A DNA stretch of 64,000 bases, taken from positions 3,232,001-3,296,000 of the forward strand of contig OZ241362.1 of assembly GCA_965200315.1 (NCBI GenBank), written 5' to 3'. The DNA comes from Candidatus Latescibacterota bacterium. Lineage in GTDB: Bacteria; Latescibacterota; UBA2968; UBA8231. Of the stretch, positions 1-9,867 are shown piece after piece. Positions within the stretch are counted from its first letter, which is position 1. Each line of letters starts with the position of its first letter. Below the pieces are notes generated by a model. The model was given only the letters and a program-made list of their open reading frames with translations, was not told the origin of the DNA and did not search any database. The position numbers and the translations under genes are program-made.

Positions 1-2
1 CT

Positions 3-173
3 AGACGTTCGATTACTCCTGCGATGTCCATCCGCTTTGGCGCGTTCTTCGACCAGTCCGACGAGTTTTGGCACGGGCTCCAAGTCGAGTGCGACTTTCG
101 CAAACTGGCCCGAAAAAAGAAGAGGCTTACCGACGGCATTCGCCCGGCTTCGACGCTGAGCCAGACGCGCTGA
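3..173 (+). CDS. higA: HigA-family XRE antitoxin, C-terminal part (runs off the window start)
   Basis: Manual translation [34 protein letters not shown]...TR* matches the HigA ITP..A.R...F....FW..LQ..D pattern. Confidence 0.7.
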   Translation, partial: RRSITPAMSIRFGAFFDQSDEFWHGLQVECDFRKLARKKKRLTDGIRPASTLSQTR

Positions 174-432
174 CTGCGTGACGGTACTACTCTGGAGGTC
201 AATTGGTCGTTGAGCAGGGCTTCCAGTCTGCCTCGGCCACGCTACCTACCTGATTGAAGAATGGGCACGACGTTTTCTCGTCGAACTGTTCCGCAACTTC
301 GCGGTATTCTTTGTCAGCAATAGACGCGATTATGAGCTATCTGGCGCGTACTTCTAGAGGATGGGGATGGCCAGTGTTTTACTTTGCCGTTGATAGGCAA
401 TCACATAGGTACATAAGCTAAGGAAAGGCGAA

Positions 433-1017
433 ATGGCTAATAAGCCCCTCGTCGTCCTAATCGGCGACTCGATTCGCATGGGTTATCAGGACCAAGTCGT
501 CAGCGAGTTGGCTGGTCGAGCCGAGGTTTGGGCACCCGAAGAAAACGGCGGTGACAGTCGCAATGTTCTCGCGCATCTGGAACAGTGGGTGCTCGTGCGC
601 CAGCCGGACCTGATACACGTCAATTGTGGGTTGCACGATTTGAAGAGGGCCTTTGGCGCAGAATCCGCAGTGCCCTTGGCCGAATACGAGCGCAACGTGC
701 GCCAGATATTGCAGAAGCTGCAACGCGAGTTGAACGGGGCCGTCGTCTGGGCCACCACCACGCCGGTGGACGAGACTTGGCACCACCAGAACAAGGGCTT
801 CGACCGCTTGGAGGCCGATGTAGAAGCCTACAATGCGGCTGCTCGCGCCGTGGCGGTGGATCTAGGGGTGCCGATTGACGACCTCTTTGCCGTTGTCCAA
901 CAAGAGGGAAAAGCGCGGCTTTTGACCCAAGACGGGGTGCATTTTACTGCGGAGGGATCGCAGCTATTGGGGCGCGTGGTGGCCGAGTGCATCTGGGGGC
1001 ATCTGCCGGACCGCTAA
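433..1017 (+). CDS. SGNH/GDSL-family hydrolase
   Basis: IGDSI block I, NCGLHD block III, DGVH block V; AAGGA RBS upstream. Confidence 0.9.
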   Translation: MANKPLVVLIGDSIRMGYQDQVVSELAGRAEVWAPEENGGDSRNVLAHLEQWVLVRQPDLIHVNCGLHDLKRAFGAESAVPLAEYERNVRQILQKLQRELNGAVVWATTTPVDETWHHQNKGFDRLEADVEAYNAAARAVAVDLGVPIDDLFAVVQQEGKARLLTQDGVHFTAEGSQLLGRVVAECIWGHLPDR

Positions 1018-1020
1018 CTT

Positions 1021-2883
1021 ATGGAAGAAGTAGCACAGACTCGGCAGGAGCGAGCGCAGCAAATCGCCGCAACCGGAGCTATTGGGGTGCTGGGCCGCCG
1101 CATCGACACTACGGTATCTGAGGCGCTAGTCTTGGGGCTTTGGTTGCAAGGCGTGCGGACCTTCTTTTGCGTCTTCGGCCACGGCTCGACCGAGATCGGC
1201 GAGGTCTTGCGGATTTATCAAGAAGCCGGGCTAGTGAGCGTCTGTGGGGTACGCAGCGAAATCGAGGCGTCACACGCGGCCGCGGCCTTGCGCTGGGTGC
1301 GCGGCGAAAAGGCCGCGGTCGTCACTTCGATCGGCCCGGGTGCCCTGCAAGCGCTGGCGGCCTCCATTGTCCCGCGCTCGGACGGGTTGGGCATCTGGTA
1401 TCTGCTCGGAGACGAGACGACCCAAGACGAAGGCCCGAACATGCAGCAGATCCCCGGGACCGAACAAAGCGCCTTCTTGCGGCTGTTTGGCACCATGAGC
1501 CGGGCGTACTCGCTGCACACGCCGCTGGCACTTGCCACCGCGTTGCGGCGCGGACTCAACGCGGTGGATCATCCGCATGGGGCCGCGCCGTTTTTCTTGC
1601 TCTTGCCGCTCAACGTGCAGCCTGCGGAGTTGGCGCAGTTCAATTTGGACGAGCTGCCCGTGGGCGCCCCGCCCCCGTTGGGTGCGGCCGCGGATGAGGG
1701 TCGCTACTCAGAGGCGGCCGCCGCCATTGCCGCGGCCGAGCGCGTCATCGTCAAGGTCGGCGGTGGTGCGCGTGGGGCCGGGGCGGAGTTGGCGGAGTTG
1801 TTAGAGCTAGCCGACGCAGTGGCCGTGACCAGTCCCTTAGTCTCTGGCGTCTTGCCGCACGACCATCCGCGCAACATGACCGTCGGCGGCAGCAAAGGAT
1901 CGATCTGCGGCAACTATGCGATGGAGGGAGCCGATTTCTTGATCGCCGTTGGCTCGCGCTTTGTCTGTCAGTCCGATTCGTCGCGCACGGGCTATCCGCA
2001 CGTGCAGGGAGTCGTCAATATCAACGCCGATCCAGAAACCGCCACCCACTACGGCAAGACCATGGCCTTCGTCGGCGATGCGGCCGGGACGCTACGGAAA
2101 CTGAATTGCGCGCTCAGCGCCAGCCGCGTACAAAACGGCTCTCCTTCGGCTTGGTTGCAAGCCTGTAGCGACAAGAAGCGGGAATGGGCGGCGTTTAAGG
2201 CTGTGCGCTATCGGAAGTCGGTGCTGTACGACGAGATGTGGGACGCGGAGGTTATGACCCAACCGACGGCCATCAAGGTGGCCACGGATTGGGCCCGGGC
2301 CCGCGACGCCGTGTGTTTTTTCGACGCCGGCGACGTGCAGGCCAACGGCTTCCAAGTGGTGGAGGACGATCGCTTGGGCCGCACCTTTACAGAGACCGGC
2401 GCGAGCTACATGGGTTTTGCAGTCTCGGCGCTGTTGGCCACCGCGGTAGCAGCCGAGCCGTTCTACGGGTTGGCCATTAGCGGCGATGGCTCTTTCACCA
2501 TGAATCCGCAGGTGCTCATCGACGGCGTAGAGCACAAAGCGACCGGGTGCATCCTGCTGTTGGACAACCGGCGGATGGGCGCGATATCGGGCCTGCAACT
2601 GGCCCAGTATGGTGCTGATTGTGGCACCTCGGACCGCGTGGCCGTTGACTACGTGGCTTGGGCGGGTGCCGTGGAGGGCGTGTTCGCGTTGAGCGGCGGG
2701 TATTCGCCCGAGGCGCTGGAGAGGGCGTTGGACCAGGCGCGGGCGCACGATGGCTTGTCGCTGATACATATCCCCGTTTATTTCGGGCCAGACGAGCGCG
2801 GGGGCTTGGGGGCCTTTGGCCGCTGGAACGTCGGCAACTGGTGCGCCGATACCGAGGCGCTGCGCCACGAGATTGGACTCTGA
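1021..2883 (+). CDS. Thiamine pyrophosphate-dependent enzyme, IolD-like
   Basis: N-terminal FGHG motif, TSIGPG, SYMGF and GDGSF...DN TPP-binding motif. Confidence 0.8.
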   Translation: MEEVAQTRQERAQQIAATGAIGVLGRRIDTTVSEALVLGLWLQGVRTFFCVFGHGSTEIGEVLRIYQEAGLVSVCGVRSEIEASHAAAALRWVRGEKAAVVTSIGPGALQALAASIVPRSDGLGIWYLLGDETTQDEGPNMQQIPGTEQSAFLRLFGTMSRAYSLHTPLALATALRRGLNAVDHPHGAAPFFLLLPLNVQPAELAQFNLDELPVGAPPPLGAAADEGRYSEAAAAIAAAERVIVKVGGGARGAGAELAELLELADAVAVTSPLVSGVLPHDHPRNMTVGGSKGSICGNYAMEGADFLIAVGSRFVCQSDSSRTGYPHVQGVVNINADPETATHYGKTMAFVGDAAGTLRKLNCALSASRVQNGSPSAWLQACSDKKREWAAFKAVRYRKSVLYDEMWDAEVMTQPTAIKVATDWARARDAVCFFDAGDVQANGFQVVEDDRLGRTFTETGASYMGFAVSALLATAVAAEPFYGLAISGDGSFTMNPQVLIDGVEHKATGCILLLDNRRMGAISGLQLAQYGADCGTSDRVAVDYVAWAGAVEGVFALSGGYSPEALERALDQARAHDGLSLIHIPVYFGPDERGGLGAFGRWNVGNWCADTEALRHEIGL

Positions 2884-2885
2884 AT

Positions 2886-2963
2886 CCGCAGATAGACGCA
2901 GATGAGCGCCGATGCGAATCGGCTTGTACATACTATCTGCGTCATATCTGCGTCCATCCGCGA
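2886..2963. repeat. Palindromic intergenic element of ~10-bp periodic CGCAGAT / ATCTGCG units
   Basis: ccgcagat 2886, acgcagat 2896, gcgccgat 2906, then inverted atctgcgt 2935, atctgcgt 2946, atccgcga 2956. Confidence 0.75.
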
Positions 2964-2984
2964 ATTATCTAATGGAGGAATCGC

Positions 2985-3998
2985 ATGAAAATTGCCATGC
3001 TGCACGGTCCGCGCGACTTGCGGATTGAAGATCTGACGCTGGACACGGAGAGTTTGGCGGACGACCAAATTTGGGTGGAGACGGAGGTTACGGGATTTAA
3101 GATCGGCACCGACCGCGGCAACTACGAAGGGGCCGAACAGGTGCCTGGGGCCCCGGATTTTCCGCGCTGGGTGGGCGACAGCAACCTAGGCGTGGTGCGA
3201 GGTGTCGGCAGCAAGGTTGCCAAGTTTGCGGTGGGGGATCGGGTGGTATCGCGGCATCCCCATCAGTCGGCGTACGTGGCGCGGGACAGCGAGAGCATCA
3301 TACCCGTGCCAGATGGGGTGGCGGCCGAAGACGCGGTGTTCGCCCATTTGTACGCCTTGAGCATGCATTGCTACACCAAGGCGTTTTTCGCGCCCGGCGA
3401 GACCGTGGCTGTGGTGGGGTTGGGCGTCTTAGGGCTGGGGGCCGTGGCACTAGGCCCGCTTTTTGGTGCGCGGGTCGTGGGATTGGGCAACAGCCCAGTG
3501 CGCTTGGATATGGCGCGTCAGATGGGGGCACACGAGGCCCTGTTGTCGGACGACCCCGAGCTAGCGGCCAAACTGGACGAATTCACCCACGGGCAGGGGA
3601 TCGACTTGGTGATCCTGACGGCCAACCCCTGGCCGGCGTATCGCACGGCCTTGGAAGTAGTCCGAACCAACGGGCGGGTGTCCATCGTCAGCTTGCCCGG
3701 GCGGGGCGAAGAGCCGCTAAATTTTAACCCGTTGGACATGCGCTGGTTTTACTTCAAGGGCATTTCGCTCTGCGCCGTCAACGACCGGGCCGGGTCGCTT
3801 TTTCCGCCGCCGGAAGGAGATCGCTTTGACAACGACAGCCGCTGTGCCCACGTGCTCTCGCTGATGCAGGAGGGCAAGCTCCAGCCGAGCCGCTTGGTCA
3901 CCCACCGGCTGCACTACTCGGACATGATCCAAGCCTACGAGATGGCGTATCACCGCGAGAAAAACATGCTCAACGTGGTATTCAACTGGAAGGACTGA
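2985..3998 (+). CDS. Medium-chain dehydrogenase/reductase (Zn-ADH-like fold, canonical Zn ligands not evident)
   Basis: GroES-like N-terminus, GVVRGVG..V..FAVGDRV, GLGVLG Rossmann motif; GGAGG RBS. Confidence 0.85.
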   Translation: MKIAMLHGPRDLRIEDLTLDTESLADDQIWVETEVTGFKIGTDRGNYEGAEQVPGAPDFPRWVGDSNLGVVRGVGSKVAKFAVGDRVVSRHPHQSAYVARDSESIIPVPDGVAAEDAVFAHLYALSMHCYTKAFFAPGETVAVVGLGVLGLGAVALGPLFGARVVGLGNSPVRLDMARQMGAHEALLSDDPELAAKLDEFTHGQGIDLVILTANPWPAYRTALEVVRTNGRVSIVSLPGRGEEPLNFNPLDMRWFYFKGISLCAVNDRAGSLFPPPEGDRFDNDSRCAHVLSLMQEGKLQPSRLVTHRLHYSDMIQAYEMAYHREKNMLNVVFNWKD

Positions 3999-4005
3999 AG
4001 CGCTT

Positions 4006-4845
4006 ATGGAGCTTTTGCCGACGACCAATGCCGACGGGCGAGATGTCGTCCCGATGACCGAGGCCCAGCAGTACCTCTTCGACCTCAAGGGGTTTGTCCT
4101 CTTGCCCGCGCTGTTGAGCGAAGCAGAGCTGATGCTGATCCGCGCCCACCAGATGAAATTTCTCTACGAACGCGAGTCCCTGCCGCCGGACGAGCGCGAC
4201 AATCACGGCGGCCCGGCGCAAATTTTGCTCGACCATCCGGCGGTAGTGGGCGTGCTCAACGAGGTGCTCTCTCATCAGGCGCTGGCCAGCGAAGCCTGCT
4301 ATGGGTTTCGCTACGACCACACCTATACCAGTCATCGCCAAGCCGGGCACGACAACTTCGGCCCGCACGGCGGTGGCGGGTACTTCAACTTTCGCGGCAA
4401 CTCGCACATCTACCAGATGCAGCCGGGCAAGGTGCATTCCGGCCTGACGCGGGTAGTGTGGGAGCTCAACGAAGTCGGCGAGGGCGACGGGGGCACGCTT
4501 TTTCTGCCGGGCAGCCACAAGGCCGCTTTCTCCCGGCCCGACGAGCTGAGCGAGCGCGATAGTGCGCTGTGGGAGAGCTATACCTGCCCGGCCGGTTCGG
4601 CCGTGATTTTCACCGAGGCCCTGTGCCATTCGGGTACGCGCTGGACCAACCAGCAGCGCGACCGGCTGAGCTTGTTCACCTGTTACGACACCGTCAATTC
4701 CAAGTGGGGCAAAGGCTGCCCGCCCGCCGAAGTGATCGCCTCGTTTCCAGAGAAGCGTCGCACGCTCTTCCGGGGCGTGTGGCACGGGATGAGCGATGTG
4801 CCCGGCATCAACAAATACTACGAAGTAGCTAACCAAGCCGTTTGA
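4006..4845 (+). CDS. PhyH-family Fe(II)/2-oxoglutarate enzyme with atypical HGG motif
   Basis: FDLKGFV N-terminus, GGTLFLPGSHK, AGSAVIF...H; first metal motif reads PHGG. Confidence 0.8.
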   Translation: MELLPTTNADGRDVVPMTEAQQYLFDLKGFVLLPALLSEAELMLIRAHQMKFLYERESLPPDERDNHGGPAQILLDHPAVVGVLNEVLSHQALASEACYGFRYDHTYTSHRQAGHDNFGPHGGGGYFNFRGNSHIYQMQPGKVHSGLTRVVWELNEVGEGDGGTLFLPGSHKAAFSRPDELSERDSALWESYTCPAGSAVIFTEALCHSGTRWTNQQRDRLSLFTCYDTVNSKWGKGCPPAEVIASFPEKRRTLFRGVWHGMSDVPGINKYYEVANQAV

Positions 4846-4865
4846 GCGCGACGCAAGAATTCTGC

Positions 4866-7592
4866 ATGAGCGAAAAAGTTCTCTTCCTGCTCGATGGCAT
4901 GGCGTTGGTCTATCGGGGCCATTTCGCCTTGATCCGCAATCCGCGTCTGACCTCAAAGGGCATGAACACGTCGGCCGTTTTTGCCTTTGCCAACACCTTG
5001 CTCTCCATCATCGAAAAGGGCGAGCCGACACATATCGCCGTCGTCTTCGACACACCTGAGCCCACGCACCGGCACCGCAAGTACGAAGAATACAAAGCCC
5101 AGCGCGAGGCGATGCCCGAGGACTTGAGCCAAGCACTGCCTTATGTATTCCGGCTCTGCGAGGCGTTTAACATTCCGGTCTTGCGCGAGCCGGGGTGGGA
5201 GGCCGACGACGTGATCGGCACGTTGACCAAAAAGGCCGAGGCCGAGGGGTTTGCGACGTACATGGTCACGCCCGACAAAGACTACGGCCAGCTCGTTTCC
5301 GAGCGGAGCTTTATGTACAAGCCGGGGCGCGGCGGCGACGAGGCCGAGGTTTTGGGGGTGCCGGAGATTCTCGCCCAATGGCAGGTCGAGCGGATCGACC
5401 AAGTGATCGATGTGTTGGGGCTGATGGGCGACTCTTCGGACAATGTGCCGGGCGTCCCTGGGATCGGCCCCAAGACAGCGCAAAAGCTCATCGCCCAGTA
5501 CGGCAGCGTCGAAGAGTTGCTGGCGCATACCGACCAGCTCAAGGGCAAGCAGAAACAGAACGTAGAGGAACACCGGGAACAGGCCCTCCTTTCCAAGGAA
5601 CTGGTCACCATCGAGTGCAATGTCCCGCTGGACGCGGGGCTGGCGGATTTGGTTAAGGCCGAATGGGACCGCCAGAAGCTAAAGGCCCTCTTCACTGAAT
5701 TGGAATTCAATACGCTGGGCCGGCGGCTCCTCGGCGACGATTTTAGCACTGAAAAGGAGCAGGACCACGGCCCGCTCAAAGGGGTGGCGGATGTGGAGCA
5801 CGACTATCAGCTCGCCGATGCGCCCGACAAGCGACGGGCGTTGATCGCGGCGCTATTGGAGCAGCCCGCGTTTTGCTTTGACTGCGAGACCAACGGCCTC
5901 GACGTCCGGCGATGCGACTTGATTGGCTTGGCCTTTTCGTGGGCACCGGGCACGGGCCACTACGTGCCGCTGCCTCGGGAGCGGGCCGAGGTGCTAGCCG
6001 TTTTGGAGGAATTCCGCCCGGTTTTTGCAAGTAGAGAGAGCGAAAAAATCGGCCACAACCTCAAGTACGATCTCAGCGTCCTCCGCTGGCACGGCATGCG
6101 GGTCGAAGGCCCGTTCTTCGACACCATGCTGGCGGCGACCTTGGCCGAGCCAGAGCTGAGACGCAGCATGGACGAGCTGGCCAAGAGCCTGCTCTCCTAC
6201 TCACCCAAGCCCATATCCGAGCTGATCGGCGAGCGCGGCGGTGAGCAGCTAACGCTCTTGCAGGTGCCGGTGGAGCAAGTGGCCGAGTACGCCTGCGAGG
6301 ACGCGGACATTACCTTCCAGCTCGCTGCGGCGCTGCGGCCGAAAATCGAAGCCATGGATCAGCAGCGCGTTTTTTACGAGATCGAGGCCCCGCTCCTGCC
6401 GGTGCTGGTCGATATGGAATACGAGGGCATCCGCATGGAAACGGCGGCCCTCTCCGCGCTCTCGCGGCAGTTTGAGGAGGCCATTGAGCAGGCTGCTGAG
6501 CGCGTCTTTGAGCTAGCCGGCGAGCGCTTCAACCTCAATTCGGGCCATCAGCTCGGGACTGTGCTGTTTGAGAAGTTGGGGCTGGACCCCAAGGCGCGGC
6601 GGACGCAGAAGACCGGCCAGTACCAGACGGGCGAGCAGATCTTGCGCCGCTTGTCCCATCGCCACGAAATCGTGCGGCAGGTGCTCGACTACCGATTGCA
6701 CACCAAGCTCAAGTCGACGTATGTGGATCAGCTACCTAGCGCGGTCTTTAAGAACACTGGGCGCGTCCACACCAACTACGAGCAGCTGATGACCGCTACC
6801 GGGCGCATGAAATCCGACCGCCCGAACCTCCAGAACATCCCCATCCGCAGCGAGCAGGGGCGGGAAATCCGCCGTGCCTTTGTGCCGCGCAGCAGCGAAT
6901 ACCAGCTTTTCTCGGCCGACTATTCACAGATCGAGCTGCGGATCGCCGCTGCGCTTAGCAGTGACGAGGGGATGCTGGACACGTTTAGGAGCGGTGGCGA
7001 CATCCATGTAGCGACCGCGACAAGGATCTACGGGGTTGCCGAGGAGCAGGTGACGGCGCAGATGCGGCGGCAGGCCAAGACGGTGAACTTCGGTATCATC
7101 TATGGGATTTCGGCGTTTGGACTGGCCGAGCGGCTCGACATTTCGCGCGGAGCGGCCAAAGATCAGATAGACGAGTACTTTGCTCAGTATCCCGGCGTGA
7201 AGTGTTACATCGACGAAACCGTGGAGTTCGCCCGCGACAAGGGCTACGTCGAGACGGTGACCGGGCGGCGGCGCTATCTGCGCGACATTAACTCGCGCAA
7301 CGCCACCACCCGCAAAGGGGCCGAGCGCAACGCCATCAATACCCGCATTCAGGGCACGGCTGCTGACATGATTAAGCTGGCGATGAGCCGCATTCACCGG
7401 CTGCTGCTGAAGGAGAGGTTCCGTTCGGCCATGCTGTTGCAGGTCCACGACGAATTGGTCTTCGACCTGCACCGGGACGAGGTGGAGACTCTACCGCCGC
7501 TAGTCGCGCGCGAGATGCGCGAGGCCCTGCCGATGGAGGTGCCGGTGGACATTGAGGTGGGGATGGGTGAGAACTGGCTGGAGGCGCACTGA
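4866..7592 (+). CDS. polA: DNA polymerase I
   Basis: 5'-3' exonuclease (LLDG, EADDVIGT, GDSSDNVPGVPGIGPKTA), 3'-5' exonuclease (FDCET), polymerase motifs ADYSQIELR, KTVNFGIIYG, LQVHDELVF; ATG 4866 preferred over TTG 4842. Confidence 0.98.
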   Translation: MSEKVLFLLDGMALVYRGHFALIRNPRLTSKGMNTSAVFAFANTLLSIIEKGEPTHIAVVFDTPEPTHRHRKYEEYKAQREAMPEDLSQALPYVFRLCEAFNIPVLREPGWEADDVIGTLTKKAEAEGFATYMVTPDKDYGQLVSERSFMYKPGRGGDEAEVLGVPEILAQWQVERIDQVIDVLGLMGDSSDNVPGVPGIGPKTAQKLIAQYGSVEELLAHTDQLKGKQKQNVEEHREQALLSKELVTIECNVPLDAGLADLVKAEWDRQKLKALFTELEFNTLGRRLLGDDFSTEKEQDHGPLKGVADVEHDYQLADAPDKRRALIAALLEQPAFCFDCETNGLDVRRCDLIGLAFSWAPGTGHYVPLPRERAEVLAVLEEFRPVFASRESEKIGHNLKYDLSVLRWHGMRVEGPFFDTMLAATLAEPELRRSMDELAKSLLSYSPKPISELIGERGGEQLTLLQVPVEQVAEYACEDADITFQLAAALRPKIEAMDQQRVFYEIEAPLLPVLVDMEYEGIRMETAALSALSRQFEEAIEQAAERVFELAGERFNLNSGHQLGTVLFEKLGLDPKARRTQKTGQYQTGEQILRRLSHRHEIVRQVLDYRLHTKLKSTYVDQLPSAVFKNTGRVHTNYEQLMTATGRMKSDRPNLQNIPIRSEQGREIRRAFVPRSSEYQLFSADYSQIELRIAAALSSDEGMLDTFRSGGDIHVATATRIYGVAEEQVTAQMRRQAKTVNFGIIYGISAFGLAERLDISRGAAKDQIDEYFAQYPGVKCYIDETVEFARDKGYVETVTGRRRYLRDINSRNATTRKGAERNAINTRIQGTAADMIKLAMSRIHRLLLKERFRSAMLLQVHDELVFDLHRDEVETLPPLVAREMREALPMEVPVDIEVGMGENWLEAH

Positions 7593-7597
7593 GGGGC
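7561..7597 (+). repeat. Direct repeat copy 1 (polA 3' end, 37 bp)
   Basis: ggatgggtgagaactggctggaggcgcactgaggggc; recurs at 9763-9799 with one mismatch. Confidence 0.95.
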
Positions 7598-7666
7598 CGA
7601 GCGGATGCTGGGAAGCTATGATTGTACGCAGGAAAATATGGCACGTGCGTCTGCGAGGGACGCAAA

Positions 7667-9772
7667 ATGACCGAATACTCAGCGTCTAAAAAAGTCAAGC
7701 CGTCGTCCGGTGTTGTGAGCGACGGACGCCAGTTGACACTGGACGAACTAATTCGTCCGCGGCAAACGGAACACAGTCTCAGTATAGATCGCGCCTTTCC
7801 CGAGGAATTTGTCAACGACCTTTCCCGTCAGGAGGTGTTCAACAAACATCTCTTTCGTCCAAACACGTATCTGCATAAATGGTGGGCGCGACGATGCGGG
7901 TCCACGTTTCGCACCATACTCAAGCAGTTTGCGGCCAACCGCGAGTGTCGCGATTACTATGCGCCTGGCGGGCTGGAAGGCATAACTGTGCTCGACCCAA
8001 TGATGGGAGGCGGCACGACTCTGCACGAGGCGATTCGCCTCGGCGCGAACGTCATCGGTGCGGATATAGACCCCATCCCGATTGTGCAGGCCCGAGCGTC
8101 ACTTACTCAGGTCGAGTTGACGGGTTTGCGAGTAGTTTTTGATCGGTTCTTCGCTGATTTGCACGATAGCTTGGGGCCTTATTTCCAGACCGAATGTCCT
8201 ACCTGTGAGCAGACTGTGGATAGCCAATACTTGCTACACGGGCTGCGTAAAAAATGCGCTTGTCGGAATGTCGTGCAGATTGACCAGTACGATTTGCGAC
8301 ACGAAGACGACGCAACAATCAGCATTTGTCCTGAGAGCGGGGAGATTTCTCGCAATCAAAATGGGCAGAAGACCGCCGTCGAAACGTTGTCTCCGGCGAC
8401 CGGAATGGTCGGTGCAACCGCGAATCTGATTACCAAAGCTGAAAAAGAATGCCCTAGCTGCGGTCAGAAGTACGAGGAACTCCTTGACTTGCCATTTTAT
8501 GCGCGCTATACGCCGCTTGCGATTGTTGCGACCTGCCCCGAGCACGGCAACTTTTTCCGCTCGCCTAGTGAAGAGGATTTGGCGCGAATCAAGCGGGCCG
8601 ACCAGCGGCGTAGTGAACTAGATTTCGGGCCGTTGGAGGATTTTAGGGTACATTACGGCCCCAAGTCCGGCGACCTTCTAAAGCACAATGTCCACTCGTA
8701 CCTCGACGTTTTTTCATCCCGTCAGCTACTGTACTTGCATCACGCGATTCGGCAACTGCGCGACTACGCGGGCATAGATAAGCTGACCCTCGGGATGCTT
8801 GTGTCCACGTCTTTAGAATTCAATGCCATGCTCTGCGGGTACAAGGGTTGGTACAAACGCCGTCCGGGCGCGATTCGGCACGTTTTCGCTTTGCATGCCT
8901 ATTCGTTCCAATACACGGTGCTAGAGAACAACCCGGTCAATCCTCGCAGGTCGTCCGGCAACCTGCAATTGCTCTTTCGCGATCGGATCGAGCGGGGACG
9001 CAAGTGGTCGGTATTGCCTGTTGAACGGAAAATTGGGGAAGACGGCAAAAGAGAGTTAGTCAAGATACCGGGAGAAGCGGATGACGGCGTTGAAGTTTTC
9101 AATCAGGCTGATCTCATGCGTGATCGGAGCCGGTTTTGGCTCATTCAGGGCGATTCGCAGAGTTTGCCTCTCGACGACCATTCCGTAGATATGATAGTGA
9201 CCGATCCTCCCTATTACGACAGTGTGCAATACAGCAATCTGGCGGCTTTTTTTCGGGTATGGCTGACGCGCCTGCTTCCCGACGAGGCCGAGTGGAGTTA
9301 CGACGAATCCGACAGTGCTGTTGCGACAAAAGCGACCGCTGGTGTTAGCAATTTTATGAGGGTACTCGCGGGAATTTTCGCAGAGTGCGGGCGCGTCCTA
9401 AAGAACCAAACTGGGCGGATGGTATTTACTTTTCACCACTGGGATCCCAGCGCATGGGCCGAACTCACGTTGGCTCTCAAAAGCGCTGGGTTTAGGCTGA
9501 TGAACGCTTACGTAGTGTACTCCGAACATCCCATCTCAGTACACATTCGCAACTTGAACTCAATCCGGCACGACAGCGTTTTGGTTTTCGCTCTCGAAGG
9601 CAACAGCCCGTCCGCTCCGTGGACACCTTTAGACACTATTGACACAAACGACAGCGGAACGTTTTGTCGGCAATGCAACGAAACGCTGGGCTGGTTGTTA
9701 GAGAGTGCATTCTCGCCTGCCGAAATTCGCGCCATTTGGAAAAATCTCATTAGAGAGGGAACGGATGGCTGA
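7667..9772 (+). CDS. Zn-ribbon-containing DNA amino-methyltransferase (COG1743/DUF1156-like)
   Basis: HKWWARR, motif I LDPMMGGGT, motif IV TDPPY, Cys clusters CPTC, CAC, CPSC, CPEH; ATG 7667 preferred. Confidence 0.88.
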   Translation: MTEYSASKKVKPSSGVVSDGRQLTLDELIRPRQTEHSLSIDRAFPEEFVNDLSRQEVFNKHLFRPNTYLHKWWARRCGSTFRTILKQFAANRECRDYYAPGGLEGITVLDPMMGGGTTLHEAIRLGANVIGADIDPIPIVQARASLTQVELTGLRVVFDRFFADLHDSLGPYFQTECPTCEQTVDSQYLLHGLRKKCACRNVVQIDQYDLRHEDDATISICPESGEISRNQNGQKTAVETLSPATGMVGATANLITKAEKECPSCGQKYEELLDLPFYARYTPLAIVATCPEHGNFFRSPSEEDLARIKRADQRRSELDFGPLEDFRVHYGPKSGDLLKHNVHSYLDVFSSRQLLYLHHAIRQLRDYAGIDKLTLGMLVSTSLEFNAMLCGYKGWYKRRPGAIRHVFALHAYSFQYTVLENNPVNPRRSSGNLQLLFRDRIERGRKWSVLPVERKIGEDGKRELVKIPGEADDGVEVFNQADLMRDRSRFWLIQGDSQSLPLDDHSVDMIVTDPPYYDSVQYSNLAAFFRVWLTRLLPDEAEWSYDESDSAVATKATAGVSNFMRVLAGIFAECGRVLKNQTGRMVFTFHHWDPSAWAELTLALKSAGFRLMNAYVVYSEHPISVHIRNLNSIRHDSVLVFALEGNSPSAPWTPLDTIDTNDSGTFCRQCNETLGWLLESAFSPAEIRAIWKNLIREGTDG

Positions 9773-9799
9773 GAACTGGCTGGAGGCGCACTGAGGGGC
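9763..9799 (+). repeat. Direct repeat copy 2 (duplicated polA 3' end)
   Basis: ggatggctgagaactggctggaggcgcactgaggggc; contains the methyltransferase stop codon TGA 9770-9772. Confidence 0.95.
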
Positions 9800-9867
9800 G
9801 CAGTTTGAGGTAGTTATACGCTTAACATGCACTGCATACGTTTTGTCCCAATGTAAGGAGAGTATCC

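Noticed and set aside
7561-9799. Integron attC or prophage att interpretation of the polA repeats
   Set aside because: The repeats are not palindromic attC-like sites, and there is no integrase or phage gene nearby.
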